Source of the DNA: an uncultured Marinilabiliaceae bacterium
GTDB taxonomy: Bacteria > Bacteroidota > Bacteroidia > Bacteroidales > VadinHA17
DNA length: 64,000 nucleotides
Reading direction: 5' to 3'
NCBI GenBank assembly: GCA_942491535.1
Contig: CALOBV010000024.1
Coordinates: 67,390-131,389 of the forward strand
In this document: in pieces, positions 39,425-48,814 of the stretch
Numbering within the stretch: the first letter of the stretch is position 1
How the letters are laid out: every line of letters begins with the position of its first letter
The notes under the pieces: model-generated
Databases searched by the model: none
Told to the model about the DNA's origin: nothing
Seen by the model: the letters and a program-made list of their open reading frames with translations, nothing else
Translations under genes and position numbers: made by a program

Positions 39425-40822
39425 CTAGATTTTGGGAACAAGGATCTTTTTAACACTTTTTATGATATTTTCGGCAAATTTCACTGCTTCGGCCAGTGTA
39501 TTCGCTTCGGAATAGATCCTTATTATTGATTCGGTATTTGACTTTCGGATATGGACCCAGCCATTTGTATACTCTATTAATATTCCATCTTCCTTACTTG
39601 AAACCTCATCTGAGTATTCACCGGCTAAGCTCTCAATTATCCAGTCGGGGTCGGTATCCACAGGTAATTCTATCCTGTTTTTAGAAATTACATATTCCGG
39701 ATATTTATATCTTAATTCTGAGCATTTCTTTCCCGATCTGGCAAGATGAGAAAGAAACAAAGCTATCCCTACCAGGGCATCTCTACCAAAATGAAGTTCC
39801 GGCAAAATAATCCCACCATTACCTTCTCCGCCGATTATGGCGCCAACTTCCTTCATTTTCTTTACAACATTTACTTCCCCGACTGCAGATGAATACCATT
39901 TACCTCCATAAATCTCAGTAACATCCCTTAAGGCTCTTGTTGAAGACATATTTGACACTGTATTGCCTGGTTTTGTAGAAAGCACATAATCAGAACAGGC
40001 TACAAGAGTGTACTCTTCGTTAAAAAAATCTCCGTTTTCACTTACTATTGCCAGTCGGTCAACATCAGGGTCGACAACAAATCCCACATCAGCCTTTTCT
40101 CTTATTACAGTTTCGGAAAGCTGTGTCAAATTTTCAGGGAGAGGTTCTGGATTATGGGCAAATACCCCACTGGGATCACCATTTATCTCAATTATCTTCT
40201 TTACTCCCAACTTTCTTAAAAGCTCCGGTAAAACAAGTCCTCCAACAGAATTAACACTATCAATAGCCACTGTAAATGATGCTTCTCGAATTTTATCGAC
40301 ATCAACCAGTGTAAGATTCAGAATTTGTTCTATATGATAATGGTGATAGTCAGAAATATATTTGTATGCACCTGTATTGTGTACATCTGAGTATTGAAAT
40401 TCTATATTTTCAGATTTTTTCAGAATTTCCAGTCCATCTGCTTCAGATATAAATTCCCCACTCTTATTAAGAAGCTTCAGTGCATTCCAGTTACCTGGAT
40501 TATGACTGGCTGTAAGTATAATACCACCATCGGCCTTCTCATTTACCACAGCCATTTCAACTGTCGGGGTTGTTGCCAGTCCGAGATCGATCACATCGAT
40601 ACCTGAGCTGCGCAAAGTTGCAGAAACGATATTGCTTATCATTTCGCCCGAGATACGGGCATCTCTACCAATAATAACTGTGTATTTCTTCTTCTTACTC
40701 TGCCCTCTTGCCCAGCCAGCATAAGCGGATGTAAATTTAACTATATCATAAGGACTAAGGCTTTCGCCTGGTTTTCCACCTATTGTGCCACGTATTCCTG
40801 AGATTGATTTTATAAGTGTCAT
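39425..40822 (-). CDS. glmM: Phosphoglucosamine mutase
   Basis: 465 aa with the phosphoserine loop ILTASHNPGNWNALK and the metal-binding motif DPDVDR. Confidence 0.85.
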   Translation of the reverse strand: MTLIKSISGIRGTIGGKPGESLSPYDIVKFTSAYAGWARGQSKKKKYTVIIGRDARISGEMISNIVSATLRSSGIDVIDLGLATTPTVEMAVVNEKADGGIILTASHNPGNWNALKLLNKSGEFISEADGLEILKKSENIEFQYSDVHNTGAYKYISDYHHYHIEQILNLTLVDVDKIREASFTVAIDSVNSVGGLVLPELLRKLGVKKIIEINGDPSGVFAHNPEPLPENLTQLSETVIREKADVGFVVDPDVDRLAIVSENGDFFNEEYTLVACSDYVLSTKPGNTVSNMSSTRALRDVTEIYGGKWYSSAVGEVNVVKKMKEVGAIIGGEGNGGIILPELHFGRDALVGIALFLSHLARSGKKCSELRYKYPEYVISKNRIELPVDTDPDWIIESLAGEYSDEVSSKEDGILIEYTNGWVHIRKSNTESIIRIYSEANTLAEAVKFAENIIKSVKKILVPKI

Positions 40823-40830
40823 TACTTATT

Positions 40831-41004
40831 ATTAGTTATTGGTTAATGGTTAATTGTTATTGGTTATTAGTTATTTGTTCGCTGCGCGAACGTTAATGGT
40901 TATTAGTTAATAGTCTTTGCTCTTTGCTCTTACCTCTTTGCCCTTACCTCTTTGCTCTTACCTCTTTGCCCTTACCTCTTTGCTCTTTGCTCTTTGCCCT
41001 CACA
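40831..41004. repeat. Heptad-periodic low-complexity block: 7 ATTNGTT-type heptads, a 13-nt GC hairpin, 3 more heptads, then 13 pyrimidine heptads (TCTTTGC/TCTTACC/CCTTACC)
   Basis: Read directly. ATTAGTT ATTGGTT AATGGTT AATTGTT ATTGGTT ATTAGTT ATTTGTT | CGCTGCGCGAACG | TTAATGG TTATTAG TTAATAG | TCTTTGC x2, then (TCTTACC TCTTTGC CCTTACC TCTTTGC) x2, then TCTTTGC x2, then CCTCACA. Confidence 0.85.
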
Positions 41005-41047
41005 AAAGTGCGAAAAAATACTGAATGAATAAATAAGCAAATAATCG

Positions 41048-41055
41048 TAACTTTG
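41048..41055 (+). promoter_or_regulatory. Candidate -7 box (TAACTTTG) for the pseudouridine synthase-era operon
   Basis: TAnnTTTG match. It overlaps the TTG start used by the ORF track (41053), which argues for the ATG at 41077 as the real start. Confidence 0.55.
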
Positions 41056-41076
41056 CTGCCTGAATCATATAATATA

Positions 41077-41844
41077 ATGAATAACAGCAGAAAGCAGGTA
41101 AAAGAGAGTGAACCAAAAGTTGAATCTGAGATAAGATTAAATAAATTTATCTCAAATGCGGGAGTGTGCTCACGACGCGAAGCTGATGAACTGATAGCAG
41201 CAGGCGAGATAAAGGTAGACGGCAAGATTGTAAAGGATCTTGGAGTAAAGGTTAAGAGTAACCAGAAAGTAAGCTATAAGGGTAAGATATTATCCTCGGA
41301 AAAGAAAATATATGTCTTGCTTAATAAGCCCAAAGATTATGTTACAACCATGGATGATCCACATGCAGATAAAATAGTTATCGACCTGGTTAAGAATGCA
41401 TGCTCAGAACGCATCTACCCTGTTGGCAGGCTCGATAAGAATACAACCGGGCTACTGCTTTTTACAAACGACGGAGATCTGGCCTCAAAATTATCTCATC
41501 CAAGATATAATAAAAAGAAAGTTTACCATGTCTTCCTGAACAGGCCGGTAACGAAAAATGACCTGCTCAGGCTTACCGAAGGTATTATTATAGATGATGA
41601 TCAGAAAGTAGCTGCCGATGTAGCCTCTTTCCCTGATATGGACGACAGGAGCCAGGTGGGACTGGAGATTCATTCGGGTCAGAACAGGGTGGTACGCAAG
41701 ATGTTTGAAGTACTGGATTACCGTGTAAAGAAGCTCGACCGGGTCTATTATGCAGGGCTAACCAAAAAGAACCTGCCCAGGGGAAAATGGAGGTTTCTTA
41801 CAGATGTCGAAATAAGAAATTTAAAGAGAGGATCATATAGCTAG
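41077..41844 (+). CDS. RsuA/RluB-family pseudouridine synthase with N-terminal S4 domain
   Basis: S4 motif RLNKFISNAGVCSRREADELI and catalytic motif GRLDKNTTGLLLFTNDG. Confidence 0.85.
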   Translation: MNNSRKQVKESEPKVESEIRLNKFISNAGVCSRREADELIAAGEIKVDGKIVKDLGVKVKSNQKVSYKGKILSSEKKIYVLLNKPKDYVTTMDDPHADKIVIDLVKNACSERIYPVGRLDKNTTGLLLFTNDGDLASKLSHPRYNKKKVYHVFLNRPVTKNDLLRLTEGIIIDDDQKVAADVASFPDMDDRSQVGLEIHSGQNRVVRKMFEVLDYRVKKLDRVYYAGLTKKNLPRGKWRFLTDVEIRNLKRGSYS

Positions 41845-41845
41845 G

Positions 41846-42721
41846 ATGAAACACAGATCTGGATTTGTTAATATACTCGGGAACCCAAATGTTGGGAAGT
41901 CTACACTTATGAATGTGCTGGTAGGAGAAAAACTGTCGATAATTACTTCAAAGGCACAGACAACAAGGCACAGAATCAAAGGGATTGTCAACGGTGATGA
42001 TTTTCAAATTGTATATTCCGACACACCTGGCATACTTAATCCAAAATATAAGCTCCAGGAAGCAATGATGCAGACTGTCGATAGCGCTCTTCAGGATGCT
42101 GACCTGATACTCTATATTACTGATGTTGTAGAGGTATTCGATAAGCATAGTGAGTATCTGGAGAAGATAATTGCAATTGATGTTCCAAGGATTATTGTTA
42201 TAAATAAGATTGACCTGACAGATGAGGAAAAGCTGAATGCGCTTTTCAGCAAGTGGGAAGAGATTATGCCCGGTGTCCAGATTGTACCTGTATCGGCATT
42301 AAGAAACTTTAATATTGAGAACCTCCTGAAATTAATTCTGGAGAAATTACCCGAAGGACCTGCCTGGTTTCCGAAAGACCAGCTTACAGACAGGTTTGAA
42401 AGATATTTTGTTACAGAAATAATTCGTGAGAAAATACTGTCAAATTATAGCAAGGAAATTCCCTATTCTGTGGAAGTGGAAATTGAAACTTACGAAGAGA
42501 CTGCTTCAATTAATAACATCAGGGTCATAATTCATGTATCCAGGGATAGCCAGAAGGGCATTATTATCGGTCATAAAGGAAAAATGTTGAAGCTTATCGG
42601 TAGTCAGGCACGAAAAGATATTGAAGAACTTATCGGGAAGAAGGTCTTTCTCGAGATATATGTTAAGGTAAATAAGGAGTGGCGGAATAATCCTAATGCT
42701 TTGAAACGTTTTGGTTATTAG
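41846..42721 (+). CDS. era: GTPase Era
   Basis: 291 aa with G1 GNPNVGKST, G3 DTPG, G4 NKID and a C-terminal KH domain. Confidence 0.9.
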   Translation: MKHRSGFVNILGNPNVGKSTLMNVLVGEKLSIITSKAQTTRHRIKGIVNGDDFQIVYSDTPGILNPKYKLQEAMMQTVDSALQDADLILYITDVVEVFDKHSEYLEKIIAIDVPRIIVINKIDLTDEEKLNALFSKWEEIMPGVQIVPVSALRNFNIENLLKLILEKLPEGPAWFPKDQLTDRFERYFVTEIIREKILSNYSKEIPYSVEVEIETYEETASINNIRVIIHVSRDSQKGIIIGHKGKMLKLIGSQARKDIEELIGKKVFLEIYVKVNKEWRNNPNALKRFGY

Positions 42722-42774
42722 AACCAGGCATAAGGACAAGTTAAGAGGCAGCATTAAATAATAAGCTAAAAGTG

Positions 42775-44079
42775 ATGAGTAAAATTGTAGCAATTGTAGG
42801 ACGGCCCAATGTTGGGAAATCGACACTGTTTAACAGGCTGACAGAGAGCAGGGCTGCTATTGTTGATGAAGAGAGCGGAGTAACACGCGACAGGCATTAT
42901 GGGAGAGCTACATGGAATGGGATTGACTTTTCAGTAATCGATACAGGAGGATATGTTACAAATTCAGATGATGTATTCGAGGAAGAGATAAATAAACAGG
43001 TATTGCTTGCTATCGAAGAAGCTGATGTTATTGTTTTCCTTGTGGATGTTATTAGCGGAATCACAGACCTTGATGAGTCTATAGCAAATATGCTCAGGAG
43101 AACACAAAAAACAGTTGTCGTGGTTGTCAATAAAGTTGATAATAATGATCGGAGAATGGACGCAGCAGAGTTTTATTCCCTGGGGCTGGGTGATTTTTTC
43201 ACTATCTCGTCTGCAAACGGAAGCGGCACAGGCGATATGCTTGATGAAATAGTTAAGAATCTTCCGGATACTGCTGTCGAGCCACTTGAGGAATATCCAA
43301 AATACGCAATAGTAGGTAGGCCAAACGTGGGCAAATCGACACTTATCAACACCCTTATGGGTGAAGAAAGAAATATAGTTACACCGGTAGCGGGTACTAC
43401 CAGGGATTCAATATATACCCTTTATAATAAGTACCAACACAAATTTTACCTTGTTGATACTGCAGGTCTGAGAAAGAAGGCAAAAGTAAATGAAGACCTG
43501 GAGTTTTACTCCACTCTGAGATCTGTTCGTACAATAGAAAGTTCTGATATATGCCTGCTGCTAATCGACGCTACCAGGGGACTTGAATCACAGGACCTGA
43601 ATATAATGTATCTTATTCTTAAGAATAGTAAGGGACTGGTTGTGCTGGTTAATAAATGGGACCTGGTAGAGAAAGAAACTAATACTATTAAAAAACTTGA
43701 GAAGGAAATCAGAGAAAGGACTGCTCCTTTTATTGATTATCCGATTCTATTTATTTCTGCAGTAAGCAAGCAGAGAATTCACAAGGTGCTTGATACTGCA
43801 ATCGAGGTATTTAACAACAGAACAAAGAAAATTCCTACTTCGTCTCTGAACGATGTAATGCTAAAGGCCATCGAAAATAATCCTCCACCATCTGTGAAAG
43901 GGAAATATATTAAAATTAAATATGTCACTCAATTGCCAACACATTCACCCTCATTTGCCTTCTTCTGTAACCTGCCCCAGTATCTAAAGGAACCGTATAA
44001 AAGATACCTGGAAAACAGGTTAAGAGAAAATTTTGATTTTCATGGTGTCCCTGTCAAAATCTTCTTCAGAAAAAAATAG
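42775..44079 (+). CDS. der: Ribosome biogenesis GTPase Der (EngA)
   Basis: Two tandem GTPase domains (GRPNVGKST twice, NKVD/NKWD) plus a KH-like C-terminus. The ATG at 42775 is preferred over the GTG at 42772. Confidence 0.9.
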   Translation: MSKIVAIVGRPNVGKSTLFNRLTESRAAIVDEESGVTRDRHYGRATWNGIDFSVIDTGGYVTNSDDVFEEEINKQVLLAIEEADVIVFLVDVISGITDLDESIANMLRRTQKTVVVVVNKVDNNDRRMDAAEFYSLGLGDFFTISSANGSGTGDMLDEIVKNLPDTAVEPLEEYPKYAIVGRPNVGKSTLINTLMGEERNIVTPVAGTTRDSIYTLYNKYQHKFYLVDTAGLRKKAKVNEDLEFYSTLRSVRTIESSDICLLLIDATRGLESQDLNIMYLILKNSKGLVVLVNKWDLVEKETNTIKKLEKEIRERTAPFIDYPILFISAVSKQRIHKVLDTAIEVFNNRTKKIPTSSLNDVMLKAIENNPPPSVKGKYIKIKYVTQLPTHSPSFAFFCNLPQYLKEPYKRYLENRLRENFDFHGVPVKIFFRKK

Positions 44080-44121
44080 TTAAATTGGTGTGATTTTTGT
44101 GATTCTATCGAAAACATAATT

Positions 44122-44655
44122 ATGACCTGGATACGGAAAATCATATTTCTTGTGCTAATAGCTTTAGCACCCTTATCCTGTACGAAGATAAGACAACTTC
44201 CTCCCGAACCTGTTATAAGCTTCACAGGCTTCAGCATGTTCGACTCTACAGATATCCTTGGCAATACTCATAAGGCCGGAGTACTTGCGTTTTACTTTGA
44301 GGACGGGGATGGCGATGTTGGACTGGAGCAGCCTCTTCAGGGCGCAACAAATACTGACACAACAAATCTCACCTTTTTCCTTTATGAAAAAGAAAATGGT
44401 TTATTCACTGAACCTTCAGATACGCTGGGTTATCGCATCCCTTATATTGAAAGAATAGGGCAAAACCAGATTTTGCAGGGAACCATACAAATTACCTTTC
44501 TCTATATTGGGTATACTGAATCAGACACACTTTTTTATGAATTCTTTATCGAAGACCGGGCAGGCAATATCAGTAACATCAGCGAATCGTGTGAAATAGT
44601 ATTTACAGGAGAAGGAGGCTGCCTTGACAAAGAAGACCAGGGGTTTAGACCGTAA
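44122..44655 (+). CDS. Lipoprotein of unknown function
   Basis: 177 aa with the lipobox LAPLSC. No motif recognised. Its 3' end overlaps the convergent phosphatase gene by 11 nt. Confidence 0.55.
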   Translation: MTWIRKIIFLVLIALAPLSCTKIRQLPPEPVISFTGFSMFDSTDILGNTHKAGVLAFYFEDGDGDVGLEQPLQGATNTDTTNLTFFLYEKENGLFTEPSDTLGYRIPYIERIGQNQILQGTIQITFLYIGYTESDTLFYEFFIEDRAGNISNISESCEIVFTGEGGCLDKEDQGFRP

Positions 44656-47600
44656 TACCCATAAAAAGCACATCGTCAACCTGCTCAAGATCTCCCTTCC
44701 ATTCATCAAAATAATCCCTCACAGCTATATATTGCTGATCCATAGGAATATCCTTAATCTCCTCTATCAGGTTCTTCATCCTGATAATCTTGAGTTTCTT
44801 CCCCTGGGGACCTCCAAACTGGTCGGGGTATCCATCTGAAAACATATAAACAGCATCACCTTTTTTCAGGTAGTATTCCTGATCGTCGAAGTACTTTTCA
44901 GTTACACTTTCTCCTCCCACAGAACTTTTGTTACCGCGTATATAATACTGCTCTCCGTCCATAACCAGTATAACAGGCCTCATTGCAGATGCAAATCTAA
45001 GCATCCTGGTCTTAAGATTGAACTCACAAACAATTATGTCCATTCCATCGCTTGTAGAATGCTTCCCGTCGCCCTGATTAAGTGTGGATGAAATCTCCTT
45101 ATCAAGAGTAGACAGGATCTGTGATGGTCTTGTTATTTCCTTCCTCAATACAATTTCCTGTATCAGGGCTGATCCTATCATAGACATAAAGGCACCGGGT
45201 ACACCATGACCGGTTGAGTCGGCACAAACAATAATAAACCTGTCGTCGTCTATATTATCGAACCAGTAGAAGTCGCCACTTACTATATCACGTGGTCTAT
45301 AAAAAGTAAAGGATCCATCAAAGACAGTATCAAGCTTTGCCAGCGATGGTAAAAGACCTGCCTGTATTCTCTGTGCATAATTTATACTGTCTGTAATTTC
45401 CCTGTTTTGCTGTACTATCTCCTCTTTTTGCCTGATAACCTCCCTGGTACGATCTTCAAGTTCGCTTTCCAGGTAGACTTTAACCTTCTTCTGAGACCTT
45501 TCCCTGGCCCTGATAATAATTACTCCGGTACCCAGTACAACCATAACCATAATTCCAACAAACCACCACATTCTCCAAATTGGCTTCCTTACTGATAGAT
45601 TAAAACCCGCAATAAGATTATTTGTAATGCCATCGTAATTATATGAAATAAGGTTAAATCGATAATTTCCATCAGATAACTTATAGTTTGCCGATCTTGA
45701 ATAAGTAGGATCAGACCATTCAGTATCATAATTATCAAGCTTGTACCTGTAATACACTTTCTCTGCGTCAGAATAATAGAGGCCGGCGAAATTAATTGTA
45801 ATACTATATCTTACCTTGTATGGCAGGTTATATGAATCTCTTAATGGATACTCCACATCATCAATTACCACCGAGATGATATTAGTCTGAGGCGGAATCA
45901 TCCTGGCCTGATCAAGCTCCGGCATATATTTCATAAAACCTTCCGAACTTCCCATCAGGATATAACCCCCTGAGGTTTCATACACTGCATTCTCATTATA
46001 ATCTTCCTCCAGCCCAAAAATATCAACAAAGGTTCTTATCTGACCAAGCTCTGTGTTCAACAAAGAAAATCCCTGTTCATGACCAATCCATATATTGTTT
46101 CTACTGTCTGCCATAATGCTGTAGCAATGATCATTAAGTAAGCCGTCAGCAGAGGATATATGTACCAGGCTATCTCCGGTAAACCTGTAGATTCCCTTCC
46201 CGAGAGTAGCCCCCCAAATAATTCCATTATTATCGATATCGTATGACTGGAACTCTATCCTGCCTCCTCCGTATATAACTGCTTTTCCTGCATTTACTCC
46301 TGTCTCAGGATCGACGGTATAGAACCTGTTGCCTGTTGTTGCCACGTAAACCTTACCTGTACCATCAGGCAGAATCTGGTTAATATTATTGTGTGGCAGG
46401 TTCTCATAAGTTGTATATCTTCTTAATTCTCCAGTACTGATATTGCGTGCAAGCAAACCGCTCCTTGTTGCAAGCCAGAGGTAGTTACCGTCAAGTTTAA
46501 TATCAGCAATATAATTCTCCAGGTTATTGTCGGAAACAAAAAACTGAGTTACTCTGCCATTATTATCCAGGCTGAATACCCCCCTTGTATCTGTTCCAAA
46601 TAATATTGTTTCATTATTCAGCGAACAGTAAGAGGTAATCTTCGATTCGCCAATATATTTTCCCAGGTCAGTATATGATATTGTCTTTTCATTCTCTATA
46701 TCATAGAGATAAATTCCTCTTCCGGCCCCAATAAAAAGTTTATCATCTTTTTCGAAAAATTTAATAATGTTATTAGACCTGCCTTCAATACCAGGAGTAA
46801 GGAAGGTGTAAGCATCGGAAGCCAGAATCGAGACGCCATCACCAAATTGACCTATCCATATATTACCCTCTCTATCCTGGTAAATATCCTTAGCATCATT
46901 CCCTGCCAGACCAGATTCTCTATTATATATACTAATATCATCGGCGTTATCTCCCAGTCCAAGCTTGAAAATACCATCCCCGAAGGTCGACACCCAGAGA
47001 TTACCAGCCTTATCATACATAAGAGATTGCACCCTTGACTGATTAAGCAATTCATTATCAATAAGTCTTGAAACGTCGGCAGAAGAACCATTAATGGTAA
47101 CCCGAAAAATGCCATCGTCTTCAGTCCCAATAATGTATTCATTGCTCCCTGGAACAGGTTCAATGGCCTGAATCTTCATAAAATGCAATTCGTCAACCTC
47201 AAAAACAGGGACAATCCTGTCTTCGTCTATGCTTACAATAAAGAGACCCACCTGTGTTCCCAGCAATAATCTCTTATCTTCCATCAGGGCTCCGCTGTAT
47301 ATTACATGATCTTCGTTAGAGTGTAATCTAATCGCATCGCCCCCATCCCCCATATTAAACAGGTATATTCCCTTGCTCTGAGAAAGAATATAAATCTCCG
47401 AATTATCGCCTTCAAGCAAGGAGTTTATTCTGAATGCATTAATACCTTGAATCGTATAGAGATCTGATCCTGAGCTCTTGTACACATTGCCATCGCTTAA
47501 TCCGAATACTACACTGCCATCAGAAGCATCGAGACTCGATACAGGAAAACCTTTAGTCGTTGAGTCGGCGGGTGAAATATCATGAAAATCGAAACCATCA

Positions 47601-47800
47601 AAAATTGAAAGACCAGAGCCTGTACCCAACCAGATAAACCCCCTGTCATCCTGGTTAATGGTATAAACAAATCTATTTCTCAGTCCTTCTTCGGTATTGA
47701 AATTTTTGAATTGGAATGTTTGCGGAAGGCAGAAGATAGTACTAATTACAAACAGGGCAATTCCCAACAGTGTCCTTCTCAGTTCAGGCGGAAAACTCAT
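44645..47800 (-). CDS. Membrane sensor: periplasmic two-component-regulator propeller repeats + Y_Y_Y domain, one TM, coiled coil, cytoplasmic SpoIIE/PP2C phosphatase
   Basis: 1051 aa. Repeated GFIWLGT/NLWVSTxxG/NIWIG propeller motifs are present. The Y_Y_Y block is YYRYKLDNYDTEWSDPTYSRSANYKLSDGNYRF and the TM is WWFVGIMVMVVLGTGVIII. The PP2C part is SGDFYWFDNIDDDRFIIVCADSTGHGVPGAFMS...DGYPDQFGG. Confidence 0.85.
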   Translation of the reverse strand: MSFPPELRRTLLGIALFVISTIFCLPQTFQFKNFNTEEGLRNRFVYTINQDDRGFIWLGTGSGLSIFDGFDFHDISPADSTTKGFPVSSLDASDGSVVFGLSDGNVYKSSGSDLYTIQGINAFRINSLLEGDNSEIYILSQSKGIYLFNMGDGGDAIRLHSNEDHVIYSGALMEDKRLLLGTQVGLFIVSIDEDRIVPVFEVDELHFMKIQAIEPVPGSNEYIIGTEDDGIFRVTINGSSADVSRLIDNELLNQSRVQSLMYDKAGNLWVSTFGDGIFKLGLGDNADDISIYNRESGLAGNDAKDIYQDREGNIWIGQFGDGVSILASDAYTFLTPGIEGRSNNIIKFFEKDDKLFIGAGRGIYLYDIENEKTISYTDLGKYIGESKITSYCSLNNETILFGTDTRGVFSLDNNGRVTQFFVSDNNLENYIADIKLDGNYLWLATRSGLLARNISTGELRRYTTYENLPHNNINQILPDGTGKVYVATTGNRFYTVDPETGVNAGKAVIYGGGRIEFQSYDIDNNGIIWGATLGKGIYRFTGDSLVHISSADGLLNDHCYSIMADSRNNIWIGHEQGFSLLNTELGQIRTFVDIFGLEEDYNENAVYETSGGYILMGSSEGFMKYMPELDQARMIPPQTNIISVVIDDVEYPLRDSYNLPYKVRYSITINFAGLYYSDAEKVYYRYKLDNYDTEWSDPTYSRSANYKLSDGNYRFNLISYNYDGITNNLIAGFNLSVRKPIWRMWWFVGIMVMVVLGTGVIIIRARERSQKKVKVYLESELEDRTREVIRQKEEIVQQNREITDSINYAQRIQAGLLPSLAKLDTVFDGSFTFYRPRDIVSGDFYWFDNIDDDRFIIVCADSTGHGVPGAFMSMIGSALIQEIVLRKEITRPSQILSTLDKEISSTLNQGDGKHSTSDGMDIIVCEFNLKTRMLRFASAMRPVILVMDGEQYYIRGNKSSVGGESVTEKYFDDQEYYLKKGDAVYMFSDGYPDQFGGPQGKKLKIIRMKNLIEEIKDIPMDQQYIAVRDYFDEWKGDLEQVDDVLFMGITV

Positions 47801-47805
47801 TAAGT

Positions 47806-48798
47806 CTACTTATTAATTTTTCTTACTCCAATACTCGCATCATAAACAGGCACTCCTCCAATCGGCACTACAAAAAACGGGAGGGTCTCACCATATTGAT
47901 TCTCAACAGAAATAACAACATTATTATTTCTTACAAGCGACGATCTCTTTTTAATAAATTGAAAATCAAGTGAGGAGTTTAGTTCAGCATTATCCAGTCT
48001 TATCCTGTCTTCAGCCCATTCTTTTTCACCACCGATCTGCTGCAACTGTCCTCTTCTGACCCTTGATACTACTCTTATTACTCCATCATCATCCCAGTCG
48101 AAATTTACAGTCTTAATAAAGATGCAGGCAGTATCCACGTATGGATAGATATGCGATATATTCTCATTGTTGTTCCACATCCTGAAAGTGTATTCATAGG
48201 TAAAGGCATTACCATCCTCTATTGGCACATTCTCATTCGCTTCCCTGCTAAGGAAGTAACGGTAAAGATTTCCATCATCGCCCGATTCACCCTCTGCGAT
48301 TATCTTAAATATATAACCTCCAAATTCTTCTATTAATTCACCTTCGCCCGGATTAAAGGGCCCAAAGGTATACCAGTTATCGTCATAGCGATTATCCACG
48401 CCGAATACTTTTGAAGCAAGCATAACACCACTCCTGTAACCTCCGGTTGGCTGAATTCCTTTTGCATCTTCAGTTGAGCAACAATCCAGTCCGCCATATA
48501 TTGTATAAGACATCCTTGTGTCCCAGTAACCATTTATTTCGTCTACATCGCCTCCAATATCAGGATCATAAACCCTTATATAAAATGGATCATTATATGT
48601 AGTAGGCACCTTAAAAAAGAAGGTCTGTGAAAAGTCATCATCACCCCATGATATGTCGCCATTTTTACCAAAAGTCATAAGATAGGGAATATTTTCATCG
48701 GGAGCAGGCACAGACTGAGACATTGCCCCCCCACCTGCCATAAATAACAGAAGCATCCATGTTGCAACATATATATTGAATTTACCCCTCATAATCAT
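47806..48798 (-). CDS. Secreted protein of unknown function (330 aa)
   Basis: Signal peptide ATWMLLLFMAGGGAMSQS. It is rich in D/G/Y/W (YDPDIGGDVDE, NFDWDDDG). I recognise no domain. It is packed 5 nt upstream of the phosphatase gene and 16 nt downstream of the PD40/PKD gene. Confidence 0.6.
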   Translation of the reverse strand: MIMRGKFNIYVATWMLLLFMAGGGAMSQSVPAPDENIPYLMTFGKNGDISWGDDDFSQTFFFKVPTTYNDPFYIRVYDPDIGGDVDEINGYWDTRMSYTIYGGLDCCSTEDAKGIQPTGGYRSGVMLASKVFGVDNRYDDNWYTFGPFNPGEGELIEEFGGYIFKIIAEGESGDDGNLYRYFLSREANENVPIEDGNAFTYEYTFRMWNNNENISHIYPYVDTACIFIKTVNFDWDDDGVIRVVSRVRRGQLQQIGGEKEWAEDRIRLDNAELNSSLDFQFIKKRSSLVRNNNVVISVENQYGETLPFFVVPIGGVPVYDASIGVRKINK

Positions 48799-48814
48799 AC
48801 AAAATTAATCTTTT

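Noticed and set aside
41053-41076. TTG/GTG start codons used by the ORF track (41053, 59941, 42772, 55509, 14131, 16077, 36492, 50296)
   Set aside because: Downstream ATGs give proper signal peptides or family N-termini. At 41053 and 59941 the TTG lies inside a TAnnTTTG promoter box. The feature coordinates were trimmed accordingly.
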